Assembly: GCA_965222375.1 (NCBI GenBank)
Contig: CBDCTZ010000014.1
Coordinates: 1,184,001 to 1,248,000, forward strand
DNA from: Polyangiaceae bacterium
GTDB taxonomy: Bacteria; Myxococcota_A; Polyangia; Polyangiales; Polyangiaceae
Direction: 5' to 3'
DNA: 64,000 nt
Numbering within the stretch: position 1 is the first letter of the stretch; each line of letters opens with the position of its first letter. Of this stretch, positions 9,863 to 19,596 are shown piece after piece. Both the position numbers and the translations under genes were made by a program. Below the pieces are notes generated by a model. It was not told where the DNA came from. It did not search any database and worked only from the letters and a program-made list of their open reading frames with translations.

Positions 9863-11095
9863 GTGAAACCGCACCTACTGATCGCACCGCCCCAAGCTCG
9901 TCGCCGTTTCCTGCAAAACGGGCTTGCGGGCCTAGCGGCACTGATGGCCAAGCCCGCGCTGGTTGCCTGCAGCAGCGAGGATGACACCAAGACCCCTTCC
10001 GGTTTGCCGAAGCCGCCGAAGCTCGCGTCGAACCTCGGCGCGATTGGTCCGTTGGGGCCCGCGGATGCCGACGGGGTTCGACTCCCGGATGGGTTTTCCG
10101 TTCGCAAGCTCGCGACCAGCGGCGAAAAGCCCCTGGCTGACAAGGACTACGTCTGGCACCAGTTCCCGGACGGTGGCGCCACCTTCGCCACAGAAGATGG
10201 TGGTTGGGTCTACGTCTCGAACTCGGAATTCCCCTTCACGGGCGGAGTGGGAGCTCTTCGCTTCGACAAGGAGGGTGAATTGGTCGACGCTTACCCGTTG
10301 CTCGAGAATACCAACGTCAACTGCGCTGGCGGGAAAACGCCTTGGGAGACCTGGCTGTCATGCGAGGAGGTCGCCCTGGGCAAGGTCTACGAATGCGACC
10401 CAATGGGCAAGAAGGATGCCGCGGAGTCCATGGCGCTTGGCGTGTTCAAGCATGAAGCCGTCGCGATCGATCCGGACACAAATACGCTCTACCTGACTGA
10501 AGACGAAAAAGATGGTCGCTTCTATCGTTTCACGCCCACCAGCCCCAACCCCGGTGGCCGTGCGGACCTGAGTGACGGCGTGCTCGAGGTGATGGAGCAA
10601 AAGCCGGACGGTAGCGTCATCTGGCATCCCCTGCCCGAACCTCAGTTCACCGGTAAGCTAGCCACCCGCGAGCAAGTTGCCGAGAGCACGGCGTTCAACG
10701 GTGGCGAAGGGATCTTCTACTTCGACCGCGTGGTCTACTTCTCGACCAAAGGCGACAACCGCGTGTGGGCGCTGCACTTGGACACCCAAACGCTAGATGT
10801 GCTCTACGACGCCGCGACCGCGGCGGACCCAATTCTGACCGGTGTGGACAACCTCACGGGCACATGCTGCGGTGACATTCTCGTTGCCGAAGACGGTGGC
10901 GACATGCAGATCGTCGCCATCATGACCGACGGCACGCTGAAGCCTCTGGTTCAGATCGAAGGGCAGGACAAGTCCGAGATCACCGGGCCGGCCTTCGACC
11001 CTTCGGGCACGCGTCTCTATTTCAGTTCCCAGCGGGGCATGAAGAGCGCAGGGTTCACCTACGAAGTGACCGGGCCCTTCCATATTCCGGCTTGA
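9863..11095 (+). CDS. phoX: PhoX-family alkaline phosphatase (Tat lipoprotein)
   Basis: RRRFL Tat motif, LVAC lipobox, PDGG, NCAGGKTPWETWLSCEE, FKHEA, DNL, SEITGPAF motifs. Confidence 0.88.
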   Translation: MKPHLLIAPPQARRRFLQNGLAGLAALMAKPALVACSSEDDTKTPSGLPKPPKLASNLGAIGPLGPADADGVRLPDGFSVRKLATSGEKPLADKDYVWHQFPDGGATFATEDGGWVYVSNSEFPFTGGVGALRFDKEGELVDAYPLLENTNVNCAGGKTPWETWLSCEEVALGKVYECDPMGKKDAAESMALGVFKHEAVAIDPDTNTLYLTEDEKDGRFYRFTPTSPNPGGRADLSDGVLEVMEQKPDGSVIWHPLPEPQFTGKLATREQVAESTAFNGGEGIFYFDRVVYFSTKGDNRVWALHLDTQTLDVLYDAATAADPILTGVDNLTGTCCGDILVAEDGGDMQIVAIMTDGTLKPLVQIEGQDKSEITGPAFDPSGTRLYFSSQRGMKSAGFTYEVTGPFHIPA

Positions 11096-11119
11096 GTCTC
11101 GACTGCGCCCGTGGGGCGC

Positions 11120-12031
11120 TCACCTGTCCGCGGGCAGAGCGTCTTTGCAGCATCGGAATCCGGTGCTGTAGTCGTAGTAGTCCGCTGAATGGATATCGAT
11201 ACGGGCGTCACAGCCCCAGGGCATCTCGCGGGCGTAGAAGCCACCCAAGAACGTGCCCCTGGGGTCGTCCACCCATTCGTCCAAGTTGCCGACCATGTCG
11301 TAGGCGGCGTCGTCGCCCCAGCGGCTCGCGCAGTCGTCCAGGCTTCCGGTGTTCATCAAGAGCGCGAAGCCGTGGTCTTGGATCGTGCTGAGTCTGGGGT
11401 CGGTCCCGCCAAACTCCCCCGGCGAGTGCAACACACTGGCGGGGTGCAGCCTGCGGCTGACGTTGCAGCGGGCCGGCTCGTATTTGTCGCCGTAGGGCTG
11501 ACGTGTGCCCGCGGCGCCGCGACAGGCGGTCAACCACTCCACGTGGCTACACAGTCGCTTGCCTGCAGCCGCGCAAGCTTTGCGCGCGACGTAGAGGTCC
11601 ACGTACGCCGACGGCGTCAGCCCAGGCCGGGACAAGGCAATCGGCGAAAAAGATTCTGCCTGTTGGAACGCCGGCAAGTCCGGAAGTGGCATTGAACGCA
11701 ACGCGTGCGGCCCAGTTCGCTTGCGTCGCTTCTGCCAGTCCGCGGCATCTCGGCGAGCCAGGAGGGGGTTGGCAGAGTAATAGGGTGAGGCCAGTTTGCC
11801 GCTGCTTTTGTCGGCGATCGCGGCTTCATGGCGATCCACGCAGTACTGGTTACGTATGGATACCATGTCGGCCGGGCAGGGCGGCGCGTGCGCCTTCTTG
11901 AGACCTGCTGCGCGACCGCGAAAGGCGAACGCACCATTCGCCGGACTCGGCGTGGCAGACACAGCCTGCGTGCCAATCAGTGCAGCTGAAACGGTGACGG
12001 CTGCGCTTGCGGCGGCGAGTTCGCGACGCAT
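11120..12031 (-). CDS. Secreted FGE-sulfatase (SUMF1/EgtB/PvdO-like) domain protein
   Basis: CPADM..CVDRHE, KRLCSHVEW, YDMVGNLDEW, GFRCC. Confidence 0.8.
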   Translation of the reverse strand: MRRELAAASAAVTVSAALIGTQAVSATPSPANGAFAFRGRAAGLKKAHAPPCPADMVSIRNQYCVDRHEAAIADKSSGKLASPYYSANPLLARRDAADWQKRRKRTGPHALRSMPLPDLPAFQQAESFSPIALSRPGLTPSAYVDLYVARKACAAAGKRLCSHVEWLTACRGAAGTRQPYGDKYEPARCNVSRRLHPASVLHSPGEFGGTDPRLSTIQDHGFALLMNTGSLDDCASRWGDDAAYDMVGNLDEWVDDPRGTFLGGFYAREMPWGCDARIDIHSADYYDYSTGFRCCKDALPADR

Positions 12032-12082
12032 GTTGGTGCTATTGTAGCCGCGCAGTAGCGGTTTCGGCCAAACGGAAAAGCC

Positions 12083-12544
12083 ATGAGCACGATGGACACG
12101 CCCATATCTGAAGTCATGACCACTTCCGTGACGACCATTCCGCCAACCATGGCCGTGAAGGACGCCGTCCAGCTGATGTTGGGGCAGGGGGTGCTGGGTT
12201 CACCAGTCGAGGACGCGGCTGGCAAGATCGTCGGCGTCTTTTCCATGACTGACGCACTGTGGGCTGCTCAGCATGAGGAGGCGAATGACACCGAGAACAG
12301 TTTCTACGAGGCGAGCGCCCTGCTGCACCTGATCCGCAACAAGGCGCCCGTGGACAGGGACGAGCTCCCAGTCAGCACGTTGATGAACGAGCGCGTCGTG
12401 TCTCTCCCGCCCGAGGCCAGCATCAAGGACGCAGCGGCATTGATGGCTGAGCGCCGAATTCACCGGGTTCTGGTGGTGGACGAGAGCCACAAGCTGCGGG
12501 GGATCGTGACTGCTCTGGACGTATGCCGCCACGCTTCTTCCTGA
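12083..12544 (+). CDS. CBS domain pair protein
   Basis: Two CBS repeats (VMTTSVTTI...PVED..GKIVG; LMNERVVSL...RIHRVLVVD...LRGIVT). Confidence 0.9.
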   Translation: MSTMDTPISEVMTTSVTTIPPTMAVKDAVQLMLGQGVLGSPVEDAAGKIVGVFSMTDALWAAQHEEANDTENSFYEASALLHLIRNKAPVDRDELPVSTLMNERVVSLPPEASIKDAAALMAERRIHRVLVVDESHKLRGIVTALDVCRHASS

Positions 12545-12595
12545 CCGCCGGGCCCTTTATTTTCTAACTCGGTCGCCTCTGGGTATGGTGCCCCC

Positions 12596-14230
12596 GTGAT
12601 CCGGGTGGGTTTGAGCGTGTTCGTGCTGGCGCTGTGCGCTTGCGACGACCCCCCTGCAGGGACCAAGGTCGTGCCGCCGGCGTCTGCTACGGCGGGAGGC
12701 AGCCGGGGCGCGAGTGCGGGTCGGGTTGCCACGAGTGCGTCGTCACCGGCCGCCGCCAGCGCGAAGCCGCCGCCGCCCGAGCCCGCGGCATGCCCGCCCG
12801 AGATGGCCCTGGTCGAAAACCGAGTCTGTGTGGACCGGTGGGAGGCCAGTCTGGTGGACGAAGATGATCGCCCGCACTCGCCCTACCACTCCATCAGGGC
12901 CAAGAAGGTGCGCGCGGTCAGCAAGTCCGGCGCGGTGCCTCAGGCATACATTGCAGCGGGCGAATCCCAAGCAGCTTGCAAACGCGCGGGCAAGCACCTT
13001 TGTACCACTGAGGAATGGCTGCTCGCCTGCGAGGGCCAGGCCCCAGGTAAGCGCACGTTTCCATACGGCGCCAAGCGAAAGAAGGGTGCTTGCAACACGG
13101 CGCGAAGAGAACACCCGGTGACTCGGGTGTTCGGCAAGCACTTGACGGATAGCGTTTCTCTCAACAGCCCGCGGCTGAACCAGCTTGACGATACCGTGGC
13201 GAAGACCGGCGAGTTTTCGGACTGTGTCTCGCCCGACGGCGTTTACGATCTGGTCGGAAACCTGCTCGAGTGGACTCGAAGCACCTACGTTCGCCCCCTC
13301 GCCATGGGTGGTTTCTATCTGGACGAGACCACGAACGGAAAGGGCTGCGCCTACGTTACATCAGCGCACGGGCCCGAATACCACGACTTTGCGACGGGCT
13401 TTCGCTGCTGCAAGAAGCCGGACCCCGAGGCCCTCGCGCGCTTGACCAAGAAGGGCGGCGGCGCGTCGCCTTCGCCTTGGAAAGAGTCGGAAAAGGACCG
13501 AGATCCTCCGGGCATGCGGGGCTTCGTACGCGCGATGGGGAAGCTGCCCCGGGTGAAGCCGCCGCCCTACGAGCCAGCGGATGCCCGCTGCCCGGTGGAC
13601 ATGGTGCTCGCGTCGGGGCTGCGCTGTGCGGTGCCCAAGCAGCGCTGCAAGCGTTGGCTGTCTCGGCGTTCCGCGGGGCAGAAGATCTCCTGCGCGGAGT
13701 TCGCGGAGCCGACGGAGTGTTCCGGCCCGAAGCGCAAGATGACGTTCTGCATCGATCGCTACGAGTTTCAGCCCGACGGCTACCGTTATCCGTTGACTCA
13801 CGTCAATTGGACCGAGGCGCAGAATCTGTGTTTGAAGATGGACAAGCGCCTGTGTTTCGAGGACGAGTGGGAATTCGCTTGCGAGGGGGAGGCTGCGCTT
13901 CCCTATCCCTACGGGTACGTACGGGATGGCAAGAAGTGCAATCACGACTTCCCTGAAGAGCAACTCGTGACGGCTCCGGACGTTTTCATCGACCGCCGGG
14001 TGGCCAAAGATGCGCTGCCGGGCTGCAGAAGTCCCTTTGGCGTTTTCAACATCGTGGGAAACGTCGACGAGTGGACGACTCGGTACAACCGCAAGCGACC
14101 CAGGCGTTCGATCCTGCGAGGCGGATGGTGGTTGGTCGGGCGCAATCGGTGTCGTGCTGCCACGGACAACCACAGCGAGATCTATGCAGGCATGCAGACG
14201 GGTTTTCGCTGCTGCAAGGCGGCACGCTGA
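12596..14230 (+). CDS. Lipoprotein with two tandem FGE-sulfatase-like domains
   Basis: Lipobox LCAC; two sets of CP.EM/CIDRYE, RLC..EW, YPYG, GN..EW, GFRCC. Confidence 0.8.
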   Translation: MIRVGLSVFVLALCACDDPPAGTKVVPPASATAGGSRGASAGRVATSASSPAAASAKPPPPEPAACPPEMALVENRVCVDRWEASLVDEDDRPHSPYHSIRAKKVRAVSKSGAVPQAYIAAGESQAACKRAGKHLCTTEEWLLACEGQAPGKRTFPYGAKRKKGACNTARREHPVTRVFGKHLTDSVSLNSPRLNQLDDTVAKTGEFSDCVSPDGVYDLVGNLLEWTRSTYVRPLAMGGFYLDETTNGKGCAYVTSAHGPEYHDFATGFRCCKKPDPEALARLTKKGGGASPSPWKESEKDRDPPGMRGFVRAMGKLPRVKPPPYEPADARCPVDMVLASGLRCAVPKQRCKRWLSRRSAGQKISCAEFAEPTECSGPKRKMTFCIDRYEFQPDGYRYPLTHVNWTEAQNLCLKMDKRLCFEDEWEFACEGEAALPYPYGYVRDGKKCNHDFPEEQLVTAPDVFIDRRVAKDALPGCRSPFGVFNIVGNVDEWTTRYNRKRPRRSILRGGWWLVGRNRCRAATDNHSEIYAGMQTGFRCCKAAR

Positions 14231-14389
14231 ATTCATCTGTCATTCTGTCATTGCACGACCCCAGCTTGGCCTTAGGCGTCGTCAGTTTGGCGCGAGCCCG
14301 GGATTGGCGCGGGTTTTTTAGACGGGTTTCCGGGGTGGCCCGCCTCTTGCTCAGTGGCTTCTCGCGTACGGAACGAAGGAGCCAGTTAT

Positions 14390-14695
14390 ATGATGCAAAT
14401 GGAAGAACTCGAGCAGCTGTCCACGGAGCTGTTCAGCCGCGGTTGGTATCAGAGCGGCGAGCGCTTGGTCGCGCCCAACGGGACGCTATGGTTGCCCATG
14501 CATGGCATGCGGTGGCTGAGTCTGGACGGACTGCAGCGAGAGGCCGCGCAACGGCTCCGCCGCCGCAAGCGGGGCCGCAAAGCATTCGAAAACCGATACG
14601 ACGCATTCTGTGCGATGGACGACGCCGAGAGCCTCTTGGATGCCATCGCGCCCGTGCTGGAAAGCCGGTGGCCGGTGCTGGCAAACGCGAGCTGA
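14390..14695 (+). CDS. Hypothetical protein
   Basis: AAGGAG RBS before ATG, 101 aa protein-like ORF. Confidence 0.55.
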   Translation: MMQMEELEQLSTELFSRGWYQSGERLVAPNGTLWLPMHGMRWLSLDGLQREAAQRLRRRKRGRKAFENRYDAFCAMDDAESLLDAIAPVLESRWPVLANAS

Positions 14696-14825
14696 AGCAT
14701 GGCCTGCGTCGCCCTTGCCAATCCCTCCACCCTGCGGCGCCAGAAGCTTGACGCCTCGGGCAGGTGCACTCGGGCAAAGCCCGGGATTTTGGGTTGGCAA
14801 AGGGATTGCAAAGACCTCAACTGTC

Positions 14826-14990
14826 ATGAATAAAAGCGACCAATCCGTTACTTGCACCATCCCCCTTCCGGACGAAGCGCACGACACTTGGTTGGACCAA
14901 CTCAGCCCCTCGCAGTCGTCGTTTCCAGACGAAGTCATTCTGCCGCCACCCCCTCGCTGGGACGACGAACTCGAAGTCGAGAGCTGGTGA
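14826..14990 (+). CDS. Possible small acidic protein (54 aa)
   Basis: ATG-started ORF MNKSDQ...DDELEVESW in an intergenic gap; no motif. Confidence 0.3.
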   Translation: MNKSDQSVTCTIPLPDEAHDTWLDQLSPSQSSFPDEVILPPPPRWDDELEVESW

Positions 14991-15000
14991 TCTCCCGTTC

Positions 15001-16980
15001 CTAGGGGGGCTTGGGGGTGGATCCGGGGGAAGGCGATTCCGGGGGCCAGGGGCGGCCCTGCTCGAGGGCGTCGAGCATCGCCCGAGCGTATGGCGCGTTG
15101 TGCGCGGCGGCGCCATGGTCGTCCAGAATCAAACTGAGCCAGCGCGCCACTTCGGGAAGCTCTTGCGCGTGGGCCGGGCGGGCTGCCGTTGGTAGGGGTC
15201 GCCGAACCCGTTTCTTCCATAAGGCCTGTGCGCGTTCGGCGATGGAGCCCTCCTCCGGCCGCTTCTCCATCACCGGGGGCTCATGGCAGCGCGAGCACAC
15301 ACTCACCCGTACGGCGAAATCGTGACTCGCGCCCCGGGGGCTGTCATCCCGCGCGCCGTGGCAGTCGGTGCAGACCAGTTGTGCGTGGGGTGGCTTCACG
15401 CCTGGCGCTCGGGCGAACATGAGGCTGGCTTGGCCCGGGCCGCCGGACTGCGATGCGTGGCAGGCGATGCACACGCGCGCGGTGGTTGGGGATTTTTCCG
15501 GCTTGGGGAACCCCTTCGGGTAGGCAACAAGGCGTAGCAGCTGCGGCGCGGTCTTGGGGGCGTGAGCGGCGTGACAGGTTTGACAAGACAGCCCGTGCGA
15601 CTGCTGCGGTGGCGCCTGGCGCGGTTTGGTCGAGGCGCCAATGCGAACCAGGAAGCCCGCCGTGGTGTGGCAACCGTTGCAGGGCTCGGCGTCGGTCCCT
15701 TTTCTACGCTGGCTCTGCGCCATGCGCGTCTTTTTGTAGCGGACGACATGCTCGTACTCCGGGGGAAAGTCGTGGCAGGTGGCGCATACCGCGGTGCGTA
15801 GGACGGACCACGCGGCACTCGGCGCCGGAATGGCGCCGGGACCGTGGCAAGCCGTGCAGGTGACACCGGAGACCCGCCGCGCATCCCGGGGTAGGCGGTC
15901 AAATGCCCCGGAGCCGATCTTCACGGCCGGATTCCAGCCGAAGCGCGCCAAAACCGAGTCGTAGCCACCGTCATCCACACCAATTTCCCCCGTGGTGTGG
16001 CAGCCGCTCACGCAGGAGCTGTTGTAGCCGTCCAACTTGCCCGTCACTCCGCGCTGGAAGATGGTCGTCATCGGACTCTTTTGGGCATGCATGGAGACTT
16101 CGCGATGGCACTCGGCGCGACCGCAATCCTGGGGACCGTCGCCGTGAGCGCCCACGGTCAATTCGAGGGACTGCTTTGCCGGGCCGCTCAGGACGAAGCG
16201 ACCCAGCGCGTCGGGGAGTAGTGAGCTGTTGTCTCCGTGGCTCTTGGTGTCAGTTTTGGAGCCCTTTGGGCGCTCTTTGACGGTCCACGCACCGGTGAAC
16301 CAAACCCGATGCCCGCGTGCAACGCTCGGCAGGCCGGTTGCCCGAGTCTGCGCGGCCAAGGTGAATAGTTGCTCCACCTTGCGCTCTGTGCCCTCCCAGG
16401 TCGCCGACAGCACCGTACGCGCGCTCGTGCGCGGCGACGCAGCAAGGAGCCCCGGGGCACGCGGCGTTCCGTGAAGGCTCTCGAGGCTGGGTGTGCGACC
16501 GTGAACCATGCGCCCGTTTTGCGAAATGCTCAGGTTCAGATTGGCGCCTTGGACCGCTTTCCATACCACCGGCCCGGTCTTGGCGGCTTGGCAGCCCGGC
16601 TGCACCCGAAACGAGAAGGGCGCGTCGTATCCCAGCTGCGCCATGTTTTCGAGGTCTACACGAAAGAACGCTCCGAGCTTCACCCGCTTGGTCTTAGGGT
16701 CCGTCAAGTCGACGCTCTGGCTGCAAGCGCCGTCCGCCGTCAGCTCGATGGTCTTCGCGTCATCCGCCGGCAGCTCCAATTCGATCCGATGCGGGCCGCG
16801 CTCGACTCGGATGGCGGTGAGGGCAGGCTTCCAGCTCAGGCTCTGCAACCGAACCGCTCTGGGCTCATCGGTGGTCACGACGATGGTGCGGGTCTGTTTG
16901 GATGGGGCGGGCGGGGGCTTTTCCGTGCACCCGCTGAGGGCTGCCCCAAGCAGCAACGAGCAGCCGCCGAGACGCTTCAT
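15001..16980 (-). CDS. Multiheme c-type cytochrome lipoprotein
   Basis: Lipobox LSGC; seven CxxCH (CTACH, CATCH, CNGCH, CQTCH, CIACH, CTDCH, CSRCH) plus CGRAECH and CVSGCH; ATG 16980 overlaps the upstream stop. Confidence 0.85.
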   Translation of the reverse strand: MKRLGGCSLLLGAALSGCTEKPPPAPSKQTRTIVVTTDEPRAVRLQSLSWKPALTAIRVERGPHRIELELPADDAKTIELTADGACSQSVDLTDPKTKRVKLGAFFRVDLENMAQLGYDAPFSFRVQPGCQAAKTGPVVWKAVQGANLNLSISQNGRMVHGRTPSLESLHGTPRAPGLLAASPRTSARTVLSATWEGTERKVEQLFTLAAQTRATGLPSVARGHRVWFTGAWTVKERPKGSKTDTKSHGDNSSLLPDALGRFVLSGPAKQSLELTVGAHGDGPQDCGRAECHREVSMHAQKSPMTTIFQRGVTGKLDGYNSSCVSGCHTTGEIGVDDGGYDSVLARFGWNPAVKIGSGAFDRLPRDARRVSGVTCTACHGPGAIPAPSAAWSVLRTAVCATCHDFPPEYEHVVRYKKTRMAQSQRRKGTDAEPCNGCHTTAGFLVRIGASTKPRQAPPQQSHGLSCQTCHAAHAPKTAPQLLRLVAYPKGFPKPEKSPTTARVCIACHASQSGGPGQASLMFARAPGVKPPHAQLVCTDCHGARDDSPRGASHDFAVRVSVCSRCHEPPVMEKRPEEGSIAERAQALWKKRVRRPLPTAARPAHAQELPEVARWLSLILDDHGAAAHNAPYARAMLDALEQGRPWPPESPSPGSTPKPP

Positions 16981-17732
16981 CCAGGTTGGTCCTTGCAGCG
17001 CGTCAAATCGCAGCGACCCGAGGGACAATCTTTATCGCCCCAGCAATCGGTTTTCAGGATTTTGGGCAGGCACCTGCCCTCGACACAGCCGGCTCCGATC
17101 GGGCAGGGGGCCACGGTGCATTTCTGGCCCACGCGCGCGCTCGCCTTCTTGATGCAAACGCGACCCGACGCGCCCGCCTCGTGTTCGAAGTGACAGCTCC
17201 AGGGGCCGCCGCCCGGAGGCAGATCCGGAGAGAAGTCCAAGCACAGACGCTCTTTGGGGTGGCCCCGGCGGGGCCCGCAGACCCAGCCCGGGTCCGGCTT
17301 GCCCTCGGGTGCGCCCGCGGTTTTCGCGTGGCCGCGACATGCGACGACGCCGGCAACGTCTCCACACTCCCAGGCTCCGTCATCGGGCATTCGCGGATGG
17401 CGCTGTCGACAGCGCTTGTCCTTGCAGGAAAACGCATCCGCTCGAACCGACCGATCGAAGCACTTTCGCTCGGCAGCCTGGCCAACGCATCGAAAGCGCT
17501 CGGGGTCGACGGTGTCGGGCAGAGGCCGCGGCACGAGCTTTGGCTGGGGACCGAAGCAGACCCGCACCTCGGCGACGTCGAGGCACTGGCCTTGGGTGTC
17601 TTCGGGCGCAGGCGAGGGGAGCTCGAAGCTCGACAGTTCGCTGGGCTCGCTCTTGTCTTGGGCCGGACTGGGTGCTTGCTGACACGCAAGCGCGGTGCTT
17701 GCCAGCGCGGACGCTGCCAGCCGGGACTTCAT
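16977..17732 (-). CDS. Cys-rich hypothetical lipoprotein
   Basis: Lipobox ALAC, many Cys; sits between the ackA-pduL and cytochrome genes (3 bp gap, 4 bp overlap). Confidence 0.65.
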   Translation of the reverse strand: MKSRLAASALASTALACQQAPSPAQDKSEPSELSSFELPSPAPEDTQGQCLDVAEVRVCFGPQPKLVPRPLPDTVDPERFRCVGQAAERKCFDRSVRADAFSCKDKRCRQRHPRMPDDGAWECGDVAGVVACRGHAKTAGAPEGKPDPGWVCGPRRGHPKERLCLDFSPDLPPGGGPWSCHFEHEAGASGRVCIKKASARVGQKCTVAPCPIGAGCVEGRCLPKILKTDCWGDKDCPSGRCDLTRCKDQPG

Positions 17733-17735
17733 TGT

Positions 17736-19505
17736 TCACCCTGCGCGCACGACACGCTTCTTGCGCAACGTGGCGTTGGCGGTCGTCACATCCGTGTACA
17801 CCAGCGCGCCGGCCGCACCGCGGGACAGTTCGGCGGCGTTGGCTTCGTCGGTATCGATGTGCATCTCTAACTTGTACTTCTTGCTGACGCGCACCAGCAC
17901 GTCTCCGAAAACCAAGTCCCGGGGACCACCGGTCACGGCCACCTCGACCTCATCGCCGTTTTCCACGCCGTATGCTTCCGCGTCTGTCGGCGTCATGTGG
18001 ATGTGGCGCTTGGCGCAGATCAGTCCCTCCGCAAGCTGCAAGGTTCCCTTCGGTCCTTCCAGGGTCACCGGCGCGGAACCGTCGACCTTGCCAGAATCGC
18101 GAATTGGGGCGTCCACACCGAGCTTGAATTCGTCTGTGCGCGAGACCTCGACCTGGTTCTTGCCCCGGAGTGGACCGAGTAGACGCACGCCGTCGATGCG
18201 ACCTCGGGGCCCAACCAACGTGAGCTTTTCCTCGCAAGCAAACTGGCCGGGTTGGGAGATCTCTTTGTACAGCGTGGGCTGGGCTCCCGCGCCGAAGAGC
18301 TTCTCGAAAGTCTCTTGGTTCAAGTGGATGTGGCGTGCGCTGATGGCGATGGGGATGGGGCCCGGTGGCTCTTTGCGGCTGTGCTCGGCCACCACGCCGG
18401 CGGTTTGTTGCGCGATGTTGAGTTCCTCATTCGTCTTGACGACGAGCACTCGGACTCTGGAATTGTCAGTGCCGATGCTGGCAACCGGCGACTCGTGGCT
18501 GACGCTGGCCAAGCTGTTCTTGTCTTCATCCAGGCTCAGGCCCAAGAACTCCAGGCGCTGCAGAATGCGACGACGCATGCTGGTGCTGTTTTCCCCGATG
18601 CCACCGGTCAGCACCACGGCGTCGACGCCGCCCATGGCCGCTGCAAGGGCACCAATGTAGCGTTTGACGCGATGGGCGTAGACGGTGATCGCCAACCGGC
18701 ACGCGTCGTCCCCTTCAGACGCACGTCGCTCGATGTCTCTCAGATCGTTGCCGACGCCGGATAGGCCGCTCAGGCCGCTCTCCTTGTTCAGCAGCCGGTC
18801 CACATCGTCGACGGTCTTGCCAGCGCGGAGCAGAGCCAGCACCGCACCGGGATCTATGTCGCCGCTCCGAGTGCCCATTACGAGCCCCTCCAGGGGCGTC
18901 ATGCCCATGCTCGTGTCCGTGGAGTGTCCGTACTCCACGGCGCACGCACTTGCCCCATTGCCCAGATGGAGCGTCAAGACGCGAAGGTCCCTCAAGCTGC
19001 TCTGCATATGCGCGGCGGCCAACTCCGCGACGTAGGCGTGGGAGGTGCCGTGAAATCCGTAGCGATAGATGCCATGTTCTTCCGCCAAGCCATTGGGGAT
19101 CGCGTAGGTCCGCGCCCTGCGGGGCATTCGCGCGTGAAACGCCGTGTCAAAGACTGCGACGTGCGGGATGTCAGGCAGAGCGCGTCGGGCAGCGCGAATG
19201 GCGAGCAAATTGGCTGGATTGTGTAAAGGAGCCAGTATGCTGGTTTTTTCGATGGCGGCTTCGACTTCGTCGGTTATCTGAACTGCTCCCGAGAACTCTT
19301 TGCCGCCGTGCACCACGCGGTGCCCCACGGCTTGAACCAGCTTGTCGCTGATTTGCTCCAGGACCCGCGCGACCGCCTCCTCGTGACTGCCGCCGCCTTG
19401 CCCAATGCGGTCCACGTTCAGGCGGAAGGAGGCTTCCCGGGTTTCGGTGTCAACGAGCTGCGCTTTTAGGGAAGACGAGCCGGAATTCAGCACCAAGACC
19501 TGCAT
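17736..19505 (-). CDS. ackA: Acetate/propionate kinase fused to a PduL-type phosphate acyltransferase
   Basis: N-terminal: LNSGSSSLK, GHRVVHGG, APLHNP, FDTAFH, YGFHGTSH, HLGNGAS, TNEE. C-terminal: ISARHIHL, QPGQFA, LGPLR..QVEVSRTD, AKRHIHM, MHIDTDEANA. Confidence 0.93.
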   Translation of the reverse strand: MQVLVLNSGSSSLKAQLVDTETREASFRLNVDRIGQGGGSHEEAVARVLEQISDKLVQAVGHRVVHGGKEFSGAVQITDEVEAAIEKTSILAPLHNPANLLAIRAARRALPDIPHVAVFDTAFHARMPRRARTYAIPNGLAEEHGIYRYGFHGTSHAYVAELAAAHMQSSLRDLRVLTLHLGNGASACAVEYGHSTDTSMGMTPLEGLVMGTRSGDIDPGAVLALLRAGKTVDDVDRLLNKESGLSGLSGVGNDLRDIERRASEGDDACRLAITVYAHRVKRYIGALAAAMGGVDAVVLTGGIGENSTSMRRRILQRLEFLGLSLDEDKNSLASVSHESPVASIGTDNSRVRVLVVKTNEELNIAQQTAGVVAEHSRKEPPGPIPIAISARHIHLNQETFEKLFGAGAQPTLYKEISQPGQFACEEKLTLVGPRGRIDGVRLLGPLRGKNQVEVSRTDEFKLGVDAPIRDSGKVDGSAPVTLEGPKGTLQLAEGLICAKRHIHMTPTDAEAYGVENGDEVEVAVTGGPRDLVFGDVLVRVSKKYKLEMHIDTDEANAAELSRGAAGALVYTDVTTANATLRKKRVVRAG

Positions 19506-19596
19506 GCCGACCCCATAACACGCCTTCGGTTTTTGGCCCTTCAGGAAACCGGATTTCCGCTTCGGCCGTAGATGATAAGCTGAAGGACCAACCGAG

